This document shows positions 1 through 11,500 of a DNA stretch of 64,000 nt, in pieces. The DNA is taken from the NCBI RefSeq assembly GCF_037042905.1, contig NC_087251.1:41356001-41420000 (forward strand). The letters run 5' to 3'. Position 1 is the stretch's first letter; every line of letters begins with the position of its first letter. Made by a program: the position numbers and the translations under genes. Below the pieces are notes generated by a model. That model saw only the letters and a program-made list of their open reading frames with translations. It made no database searches and was not told the origin of the DNA. Source of the stretch: Lytechinus pictus. Its lineage: Eukaryota.

Positions 1-846
1 GAAGTATAGTCATACAAAACAGTTAAAAATTAATAACAAAAAGATGGTGCTAAGATACTCTAAGATGTGCAAAATTGTAAGCTTTTATTTGGATTTTTGC
101 TTTCTGTCATAGCTATTTCTTGTCACTAAATTACGTACTCCTGGTTTGATAGTTGTGAGAAAAAAAATTAAATTTACTTCTTATACTGTTTAATCTATAA
201 ATATCTGTGCCATCATTGTTTAATTTAAATAATATTTCAATGATTCTAAACATCGGGAAAAAATCACATATCCAAGAAGATATTTTTAAGAAAGTCTTTA
301 TTAGCAGTGCTTTGGTCGAGTCACTACTTACTGAGTTCATGACCATTATGTGTTGGTAATCTCAGGAAAATTCTTGATCTGATGAAAAATTTATTCAAGG
401 CCGGTAATTTCAATTATTTTTTGTGAAGTGTTTTGTTATATGCCACATAACAAAACAAAATCGTCTTCCTTGGTAATGTTAGTGAACAGATGCCTTGTGA
501 AATCAACTTTTATTTTCCTTGTATTTTAATTGTAATGTATTGTAAGAATTATTAAGAAATTCATCTTATCTTGAATGACATATGCTGTGTACTTTTTATC
601 CTATAAATTATAAATGTAATAGTAAGATAATAAATTGTAACCTTATTTCTCTTAAGATTGCATGGTCAAAAGTGGCTTTTTGTATGACTTTCTTTTTGTG
701 CAAAGATATAAAAATACCATATCAAAAACGGTTTTTAAATCATGTATAGAATGAATCATTATGTGCTGTTGTATTCACTGCAATGTTAACTTGCAATATG
801 TGGGAATAGTCTACAGCTACCTCCCACCCCCCACCCCCCAAAAAAA

Positions 847-1040
847 GATGATAGTGATTATGCTGGTGGTGGTGATGATGATGATGTTGATGAAGATGAT
901 GATGATGATCAAGATGATGATGATGGTGATGGTAATTATGATGATCAAGATGATGATCAAGATGATGATGATTGATGATGATGATGGTGATGGTAGGGGC
1001 CTTGGTTATCATGATGGTGATGACAATGATGAAGAAGAAT
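847..1040 (+). repeat. (ATG/GAT)n imperfect trinucleotide microsatellite
   Basis: Runs of gatgatgat with ggt/aag interruptions. Explains the poly-His and poly-Met ORFs 740..1012, 761..1114 and 972..1178. Confidence 0.95.
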
Positions 1041-1496
1041 ATCGGTTACACAAAGGAAAAAATATTCACACCAGTGGAAGGCATTATAGAATCAAATTTT
1101 TGTTCTTTAATTAAAAAAAATGTTATCCATAAATACAAATCACTTGGCAATCAAGAGAGTGGATTAATCTCTTTTTGACCAGACATAAGCTTGTGTCTTT
1201 ATCAACCCTTAAGCTGCCACATGCATGCCTTATCCAATCATAACACAGAATATGCCTATAATATTCTGTGGCCTGTATTACACATTTGAAAGATTATTAC
1301 ATCCAACATTCTCCAAATGCCCAAAGTTATAGCCATTCTATAAAAAACTGAAATTTCCAGTTACTATATAGGCAAACTGAGAGTTGACATCCTTTCTTTT
1401 AAAACAATGTCAAATTCACACTATAATGATATAACATTAAGAGGGCAAAACTAAAAAAAAAGTGTATTAAAAAAAGTTGAACATATTTTCAAATTG

Positions 1497-1670
1497 TGGG
1501 TTGTAGTGTGCACCTGTAATCCAAAGCTACATGGTGAAGTTACAAATTGATTCACAGGTTTGAGGATTAAGCTATGTAACTTTTTTTGGATGAAACGTTA
1601 AACATTGGCCCTAGATGTAAATCATTCTATTTGATTCATACATGTCTTAAAAAACTAAATTTCACACACA
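1497..1670 (+). repeat. Degenerate interspersed repeat with a 7SL/Alu-like 5' end (possible SINE relic)
   Basis: gggttgtagtgtgcacctgtaatccaaagctac resembles the 7SL 5' motif GGTGGCGCGTGCCTGTAGTCCCAGCTAC, and the stretch ends in a short CA tract. Single copy in the window; 3' boundary approximate. Confidence 0.35.
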
Positions 1671-2105
1671 TTTTTCCAAAATTATCCTTTAGTAATAGGC
1701 TTTCCATGAAGTACTATAAACATCTTTAGATTTGCAGTGCCCCCAGCAATAAGTCGTGAAAAGCGTTATAGTGAAAGTGTTTTTAGTGGAAAGGATTTTA
1801 ATGACAATGGAAGAAAAGTGAGGAAGATTTTACCAAGTTGCATCCCATTTTGGAATACATACTATAGAAAGGAAATGGTGACAGACAGTATTTGCAGTCA
1901 TAACCTGATTAGCCTCAATTAGGATTTAACAAACTATATCTTGTCCAATTTCTACTTCTTACTCAATAATTCACAATGGTCTTCCACAGAAACTATCCAA
2001 TCCTTGAATAGTTTTGGAATCTGCTTCAAACTATCTCACCGTCCTCTGATATGCTATCATTTAGTCATTTTCCAAAGCAGTAAGTTACATAACTGGCCCA
2101 TCTAA

Positions 2106-2462
2106 GGCCCAAGATACACATGCGTCCGGTTTGAAGCAGCCTCCGCAACCGGTCTAAAGTCTATAATTAGGGTGGTGTTACACATACACCAGAAGTAGAC
2201 AAAACGCTTTGAGATTCTTTATCCAGGACGACTATTCAAGTGACACTTGTGCCTGTCTTTTCACGTCGACATTTTCTATTGTTCGTTAGCAATAACTATT
2301 GTTCGCTGTTATACCTTTTTCTACATGTAATTCAGTGGTCAAGCCGCCTTTTAGGTGTACTCAGTCCGGTTCGGCAGTAAAAAATAGTGAGCATATACAG
2401 ATACGTCGAGCCACCTTCGGGCCGGCCTCGGTCCACCTTTCGACGTATGTGTATCTTGGGCC
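2106..2462. mobile_element. PIF/Harbinger-like MITE in the putative COQ6 3' UTR
   Basis: TIRs GGCCCAAGATACACAT / ATGTGTATCTTGGGCC flanked by a TAA duplication (2103-2105, 2463-2465). Confidence 0.8.
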
Positions 2463-2522
2463 TAAGAGTTGTTTCAGCACAGTCCTACTTCAATGCTCAG
2501 TTCATTCAATAGACTCAAAATG

Positions 2523-5500
2523 TCAAGTTGCAGCTGAAGCAATGATGCGGTCTTTGATGGGTCCTAGAGCATTAGTAACTTGTAGTCCTAGACTCCTGAT
2601 AAGCACTGCTGCAGGATTACTGGTCGAGTAGAGTCTCTTGAGGATGTCTATAGTACCCATGACAGGTAGAACATGACGCTGACGCTCTGTCTCATAGTCC
2701 TCAAGATGGGATACAGAACCTATGATATGACAAAAAAATAATGCAACTTAAAGTAACCTGTTCTGCAAACCCTTCACGAGTTAAAGGGATTGTTTCACTT
2801 TGTGAGCAGCTGATTTAAAAAGTTCTCAAACAAGGATGAAAACATGTGTATGAGTGCTTGTATTTATCCTCAAAAACCCTGAAACAGACCACAATATAGG
2901 ATGAAAAAAACTCTAATTTAGACACAAGTAGCAATTTATAAACCTGATTTTGAGAACCATCTGTAAGACGCATTCAGCTTATGCCCAGTTTTTTTCAAAT
3001 TAAAAAGTCTGTTGGATGTGTTGACTGCCTTCTGCTGTGTTTCTCCTATGCACACACTATTATTAGCTCCACTGTACATTCAGTGTACCTTGTACGCACT
3101 GTATGTACATGTAGGTCATATTGGGTTCATCCAGAGTTAAGTGTTGTAGTGTACAGATTGGCTGTATACACATATTCATTGAAACCAACCCCGAATTATT
3201 TTCAAACTTTGGTTTACATCTCCAAAGTTTTGAAATAGTTCCTGCAGATATGATACTTTGAAACTTTTGGGATTGTGTTTTTACACCATAATGTTTATCC
3301 CATTTTTAAGAACCAAAATGAGAATTTTTTTAGATCAGAACAAAGTGAAATGATCACTTTAAGTGGGCTGAATACACAGCCTACAATGGCTTGTGTACTG
3401 AAGGCCAGAAAATTGAAACAGCAAGTTTTAGATGTTCTAGTCTTGTGTGAAGACCCACTTGTTGATTGAAGTTTCTATCAGGGTCTGTGTCTGCAGACTA
3501 CATTTATATAGTGCCTAACACAATTTTTTCTCTTTGTTAGCTCTGCATACTACTATCCTAGCTTTAGCACAATACCTTTCTAAGCAATAACTTCAATTTC
3601 TCACATATAACTTGAAGCATTTAAGTACAATGCTCCAAAGCATGAACAAAAAGTAAACATTTTTGAAAATTGCAAATTGTACATTACCACCAACCCCCAA
3701 AAAATTATTGGATGTACCTCAATCAGCTAAACATTTCTTTCTTCTTGTTGACAAACTTATCCTAAATTACTATTTTACCTTAAATACCAAACATGATAGG
3801 AAATTACCTGAATACAACAACAATAAAAATAAAAAAGTGATAAAGTCTTCCTGCATTTAAAGACAAAGTATGTATATTTCATATCCACACCAAGAGAAAT
3901 CTATAGAAGGTAATTCCGCGGAAGTCAACCTTCCAAAAGTCAAACCTCTTTGAAGTCAGATTTCTCCTAAGATAGAAGAGATTCGTGTGGTCCCAAAAGA
4001 TATTGACTTTGGCAGAGTTACCTGTACATTGGATTTGATCAAGATGGTATACACACTAGTCATGTGAATCATCTTACCAAGATCTTTTCCCATTGAGGCT
4101 GCCTCTGATAGTGTCTTTGTTAGGGATGTTACATCACCAAAACCAAGGTTGATACCTTGACCGGCCAATGGGTGTACTCTGTGAGCTGCGTCTCTGCAAT
4201 GACAATTTTTGATCAAATAATTTACTGAAAGATAATAATAACGGCATATTTACCCAGGGTAGCCACTTCAGTTCCGATAACTGTTCTCCCAGCGGGCCCT
4301 GTAATTATTACCCCAGCTTCAGCACGACTACCTTGATCGGGCGCTCGAGCATTCAAGGAATTTCTTCCTACCGGGTACCCATTCCCCTCACCTGGGTTGA
4401 GTGCAGCACAATGTGGATAAATTTTTTGCCGAAAGAAATTATGCCAAGGCAGGGATTCGAACCCACGACCCTCTGTTTCAAAGTCCAGAGACTAATCCAC
4501 TAGGCCACAATGCTCCACACAAAGAGAGTTGAAATATAACTGGTCCATGTTCTTTTCTTTATCTATATGTGATTCACAAGGGCTATTGAAGTAAGAATCC
4601 AACCTAGTAAGTTTTGCTTCTTGTTATGTCTTGCTTTGGAACTGATTCACAAGTGGGTTTAGCTATGATGGTGTTAGATAATCTGTGGATTAGACCATCT
4701 ACTAGTAGACCAAGTGGGTTTAGCCATGATGGTGTTGGATGATCTGTGAATTAGACCCTCTACTAGTAGACCAAGTGGGTTTAGCCATGATGGTGTTAGA
4801 TAATCTGTGGATTAGACCATCTACTAGTAGACCAAGTGGGTTTAGCCATGATGGTGTTAGATAATCTGTGGATTAGACCATCTACTAGTAGACCAAGTGG
4901 GTTTAGCCATGATGGTGTTGGATGATCTGTGAATTAGACCATCTACTAGTAGACCAAGTGGGTTTAGCCATGATGGTGTTAGATAATCTGTGGATTAGAC
5001 CATCTACTAGTAGACCAAGTGGGTTTAGCCATGATGGTGTTGGATGATCTGTGAATTAGACCCTCTACTAGTAGACCAAGTGGGTTTAGCCATGATGGTG
5101 TTAGATAATCTGTGGATTAGACCATCTACTAGTAGACCAAGTGGGTTTAGCCATGATGGTGTTGGATGATCTGTGGATTAGACCCTCTACTAGTAGACCA
5201 AGTGGGTTTAGCCATGATGGTGTTAGATAATCTGTGGATTAGACCATCTACTAGTAGACCAAGTGGGTTTAGCCATGATGGTGTTGGATGATCTGTGAAT
5301 TAGACCCTCTACTAGTAGACCAAGTGGGTTTAGCCATGATGGTGTTAGACAATCTGTGAATTAGACCATGTGCTAATAGACAAAGTGGGTTTAGCTATGA
5401 TGGTATTAGATAATCTGAGAATAGGACCATCTGCTAGTAGACCTAGTGGGTTTAGCCATGATAGTGTTAGATGATCTGAGAATTAGACCATCTTCAAGTA

Positions 5501-8500
5501 GGCCAAGTGGGTTTAGCCATGATGGTGTTAGACAATCTGTGAATTAGATCGACCATCTGCTTTTAGACCAAGTGGGTTTAAATCTCAGATACATACAGGT
5601 AAAAAATTAATTTCTTAGTTTCGGAGCGACTTTTCATTACCGATGGCCAATATCTGCAACATTGGATGAACAATGAATAAGGACGCTCTTTTTTCAAGGG
5701 CTCTGAGAATTTAAGGGGCAAAATTGCCCCAAGCGTCACGCAATTTTATCCCCAGGCACTTACCCAATAAGAGCCACCCTGTCTGTGATGTACCTTGGAG
5801 CATGGCATAGTCCAAGAGGAAATGATGCTCTACTGCTCGCATCTACCCCAGAGATGCTGGGTGGTAGCTGACGGATGGACGACCCATCGGGTTTAACAGC
5901 CGATAGCAAACCTTCAAACAACTGAGTAGCAGCATCAACAGACTGGTTGTGATGACTATCGTCCCACTGAAACAACAATTGCAGAGAAATGAGGTTTTGG
6001 ATGAATAAGTGCTGTAAGTGTAAGGACTTCAAGAGCTATATCGAGATAATCCTTACCAATTCACATACGAGAGATCTGGGATAGCAAGTGTGTTGAAACA
6101 TTTAAAATTAAGCTAAAAACTTACCTCTATAACTCATTTTATCAATGATATTTTGTTTGATCCCCCCTTCCCTTGTTCACCTTGAGCACCTCTAACGAGT
6201 TGGATATGGCACCTATAAATTGCATTTATTATCATTAATGCAAGGGTTGACCGCCCCCTAAGATTTTTCGCCTAGTGAAAACGAAAAAGAATAGAGAGGA
6301 TACAAAATGGAAGAAATAGGAAGAAAAAAGAAGGAAGAGTATCAAAGAGCAAGGTCAGGACTGGATAACTCCATTTCCTCTTTTATTCTGACAAGGGGAA
6401 AAAATATACCTACAGATCATCCCTTGAGGTCCCCCACCCCTTCAAGATACCAAAATAACCTGGCACTGCCCCTGGATAGCTTACACAACAAAATGAGTGA
6501 CCTGTTCAAACACTCTGGCCCATATTCTGAAGTTGGGTTTAATTTAGACCATGGTCTAACTCTGTGCTAAACTTATGGGAAGCCAAATATGTCAAAATTT
6601 TGTTTACATTGTATGCTTCTAATGTTTACTGTGCTCTTTCTTCATTCTTTAATGGTGAAAACAACTATATTTTTACTCCAACAACTGTATTATTATCCTT
6701 CCCACACAGTTAAGGATGATTTGAGAGTCAAATGCGCTGATACATTGAACCTCTTCTGTTTGAGATTTATGTCACAATTGGCTATCCATAGTTAATCCAC
6801 AACTTTAGACCAGAGTTGAATTTAAACCCGAGTTCAGAATACAGGCCTCCGAATCCATCAAAATGGCACATGGTTGCTAAGTTTACAACTGAAACAATAA
6901 AACACGAGAAAAATATGTCAAATCATAGGCCCGCATTCACAATGGTGGTTTTGGAAACCCACGGTTGAGTCCATGGTCTATGCAGATTTCCTGTATAAAC
7001 TACGCTTCTTTTACCGCGTATTATAAAAAAGTCCAATGCTGATGCACGCTTTTGTCACAGTGCGCCAAATTGACGCCTGTTGCCATGGTTTTCCACGCTA
7101 TTTTATTCATGAGTCCACTGTTTTGAATTGATGAGTCCAATCTTCAAATAGTGGACTCTTGAATGCTATAGCGTATCTAACCATGGTAACAGGCGTCAAA
7201 TTAGCGCACTGTGAAAAAAGCGTGCATCAGCATTGGACATTTTTTATACATGCGCCCGATACGCGCTAAATTAAGAGTAATTTATAAAAGAAATCAGCAT
7301 AAACCATGGATTCAACCGTGGGTTTTCAAAACCATCTTTGTGAATTCGGGCCATTAAGTCTTCTTACAAATGCATTGTTGACAGCCTCTGTGAAGTCATG
7401 CTCATCCATGTTGACTAGTTCCTTGGAATGTTCTTTACTGGTTGACCATACTAAAGAGCTCTGATCATCAGTTAACTAAAGAATTAAAAAAAAAATTAAT
7501 ACCTGAATAAGGCATTCTGGAGACAAGATGTAAACACATATTTTTTTCTGTCTGATTGATAATCTAAACGGAAAATACGTCACAATGGCCCATCAAGAGT
7601 TCAATTGAATGTCATCGGTCCATGATATCCATATTCCACTTTAATCAAACCCAAGCACAAGTCTTGGGTACGTGTAGAGAGATGTTAATGCATTAAGTGT
7701 ATATGCGCGCCATGCATGATGCACGCCTTCATTGTATACACCTTACATCACAATTTATTACTTAGCCAGGATTACTTCATCAAATTCACGAATAATCTAA
7801 ATTCAGAAGTAACAACAGGCAAATACATAAATTGCTACAAATAATAGCTTGAATTACACATCATACAGCTGAAGGCCTATAGGTAATAATAATAATAATA
7901 ATATTGACTGGCTTTAATTTTCGGGAGACACCACAAATATTTCCCTCAGTAGAATCAGATTTTTCCTTATCTATATTCTGTATATGTATTTATTATCTAT
8001 TTATTCTGTATATGCATTTATTATTTATCTATGTACTTTTATTTTATTTATTCATTTATTGATTGAATGATCAATTGATTGATTAATTGATTCATTTATT
8101 TATTCATTTATTAATTCATTTTTTCATTCATCTATTTTCTTTTTATTTCATTTTTATTTCTTTTTTCTTTTTTTTAAATCTAATTATTATCATTGGGGGG
8201 GGGGGGGGGAGCACTTTTGAAACAAACAACACAGAAGCAGGCACTTACTGGTAGCAATGCAATAGGGCCAGACGGGAGAAATCTCTGCCAAGCTACAACA
8301 TTCTCAGTAGGCTGTGATAAAAATATAGAATATAATTGACATGCATTGATTTTACTGAATCATAAATAGTAATTCCTGAATGTAATATGATTGTCAAAAC
8401 CCCCCAAAATCTGTGTAATATCCTACATCTCCATACAATGTCCTGTATAAATGAAATTAGGTAGTCAATAGTACTCTTTTCCAAATCCAATTCTTAGGAA

Positions 8501-11500
8501 TGAATATTTTCATGATAGTAAAATTTATCGCAAAAACCATCCATATTTGGAAAGAGCTGGGAAGCGTTTCATGAAAGGACTTGTCGAATGTGTTATCTGA
8601 CAAGTCCTGCTTTCTTCTGTTAGCGGATGAATAATGTTGATAAAACGCTCTCCTGGGAAATATTGGAATTATCTTAAAATAAATAAATATAAACTGTTCT
8701 TGCATAGCACATGTCCACTTCTTAAGCCTCCCTTAAATTTCACCCACCTCGATTAAATGAGTAACCCCACCTATTCCCCTAAGACCTCAGTACTACTCAA
8801 TATACATTTTAAATTGGTCAACTTGTTTCCCAACACATACAGCCTTTAACCCAAACAAGAAATTAAGTGATAGAAGAGAATAATGAATAATTGTTAACCC
8901 CCCCTGAACATTGCAAATCAGTTACCTCTGCAAGTTGAAGTGTAGCTACCATACCCCATTGGTCATAGTCCCACCCCATTTCATTTCTTGTTTTTAGATA
9001 ATTGTTATAATCGCCTCTGAACATTGCAATCAGTTACCTCTGCAAATTGAAGAGTAGCTACCACACCCCATTGGTCATAGTCCCATCTCATTTCATTTCT
9101 TGTTTTTAGATAATTGTTATAATCGCCTCTGAACATTGCAATCAGTTACCTCTGCAAGTTGAAGTGTAGCTACCACACCCCATTGGTCATAGTCCCATCC
9201 TATCTCTTTGAGTCCAGCCAGTCTCCTGACACCAGACCTTGCTCCATCTGCTCCTATGACCAGCCTGGTCTTGATGATGCTATCATCATCGAGGTGAAGC
9301 TGAGCCCAACTCTCCTCTTCAAACAATCCTTGGGGTGGAATCTGGATGGAGTTCAGTCTACGAAGACAAAAAGAACATCAAATATTTAACTGCTGTACAG
9401 CCAAACTATTTACGACATTTGGAGCCATCTAGTACTATCCATTGCGGTTACTTTCATAACAGTTGATGCCTTCGAGGAGCCTGCCCTTTCCATCATATGA
9501 GGGTCAGAACCTCCAGTAGGTTTCAGGGTGCTGTAAGCCCTGGGAGCATTGCTTTCACTAGTAGTTCAAATTTTTTGCTCTAATTCCAATTGATATATCA
9601 ATTGTTAATTTGCATCAGAAATTTAAAATTGATTGCAAATATTTTCTTGGGACACCCCCTTAGTAAAACGACCCCCTCACCTGCTATTAAAGGGGAAGTT
9701 TACCTAGAAGAAAAGTTTGTTGTAAAAAAAAAACAGAAAAAAATAATTAAAAATATTGGTGAAGGTTTGAGGAAAATCCATTAAACAATAAGAAAGTTAT
9801 TAGAATTTAAAGTTTGGGATTTGTGACGTCATAAACGAGCAGCTGCCCCTTATGTTGTGTAATATTAAATATGCAAATTAAAAAAGTTTTTTAATGGTTC
9901 GTGATGACTTATTTTTGTTTTATTTTTAGAAACGGTTGTGAAATGATTCATCTATTGATATACTGAAGGTACAGTAAAAACCATTTTAAATTTTCTTAGA
10001 AAATGACATTTCATTGATTTTTTTACCATAACCATGTAGTAAAGCTGCTCCACATATGGCGTCACAAAAAAAAAATTAGAATTCTAATAACTTTTAATTC
10101 TTTGATGGATGTTTCTCAAACCTTTGGCATATTTTTTAATTATTTTTTCTGCTATTTCTAAAATAAACTTTTCGTCAAGGTGAACTTCCCCTTTAAACCA
10201 GAATAGAAAAATCATAGTAAACATAGTCACAAACCTCTTCTCATACTGCACTTCAACGTTGGCTTTTACCTCTCGAAGCTGTCTGGAGAGGGCAGCATTT
10301 GTGATGTCATTCTCCACAACGTAAGCGAGGTCTTCCGATAGGTCGACTGATTGGTTGAATGTAATGAGGGCATCAGAACAAGCATCCCAGACCTGCATCC
10401 TTCGAAATGGTTTAACTCTCATCTCGGTCATGTGACGCCATGCTCCTACATCTGCATACATGTAAAGTGAATATAATTATAAACATAACATCGTAACCAG
10501 AGATGCCAAGTTCACAGACCTGGGCCCCATCTTACAAAAAGTTGCGATAGATCTGATCAATGGCAACTATGGAAAGCCAGCAACATCAACATCTATTATG
10601 CATGTTTGTTCAAAATATTTTCTAACTACACCTGTATGATGTACATTCGTGCATTCATTGTTTTCTTGAAAATTTGCTGTGCTTCTCTTTGTTTACAAAA
10701 GACATTGTGCAAATTTCCTGCAGAAAAATTATGACACTGATGGATTTCCATAGAGTTACGATCGATTGCAACAATCGTAACTGTTTGTATGACGGGGCCC
10801 AGCTATGTGTGAGATTTTCTGGGGCTTGAGGTCACAGGAATTGTGTATAATACATAGGGGGCTAGGCTGTGATGTATGCGTGAGAAAGAGATTTGAGGGG
10901 ATGTGCAAGAGACCGTTTTATGGGAGTCTCACTCTCACACATCATGCGTGAGACCTGGGAGTATCTAAGAATTACCAGAGGGGGGAGGCACATGTAAAAA
11001 AAAAATGACTAAAAATGGGAAGGCTATTATCAGATAGTGAGCATTTTCCAGTTAACTTTTGTTGGAAAAAAAAGTCACAAAACAGGCCTTAATAAAGTGG
11101 ATCTCATGCCCCATTTCACATTTGCCACCCCCCCCCCCCCCATCCATGCCTGAATATTATGCAATCTACAGTGATAGATGCTCAAATGTTATATTGGTTT
11201 ATCAGCTAAAAACAATCCCATATTATTCAGGAAGGTTGGTCTAAGCATACAAAAACCTTTAAATGACTCGTTGACAATAAAAGAATGGGTATGTACTATG
11301 TATGAGGTGAATAAAATGTGTTTTCCATATCATAATACGAGCTGTACTAAGATATAGGAAAATAGGCCTATTCTAAATGCTTAAATTTAAGAGTAACACT
11401 TCTATGACAAAAGTAAGCAGAATGAATTCTAGCAAGCTGCATGTGAGGTAAGACCCAACTTAATAAAAAAAGTTAAGATAATTTTCAGAATATTACACTG

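Noticed and set aside
740..1178. Poly-His and poly-Met ORFs
   Set aside because: They are translations of an (ATG)n microsatellite, with no splice or homology support.
4440..4516. Functional tRNA-Gln(TTG) gene on the minus strand
   Set aside because: The acceptor stem does not pair and the sequence continues into a SINE core and tail, so it is a SINE head.
4650..5580. CRISPR-like array with palindromic repeats
   Set aside because: There are no unique spacers, the whole 61-bp unit repeats, there are no cas genes, and it sits in a eukaryotic intron.
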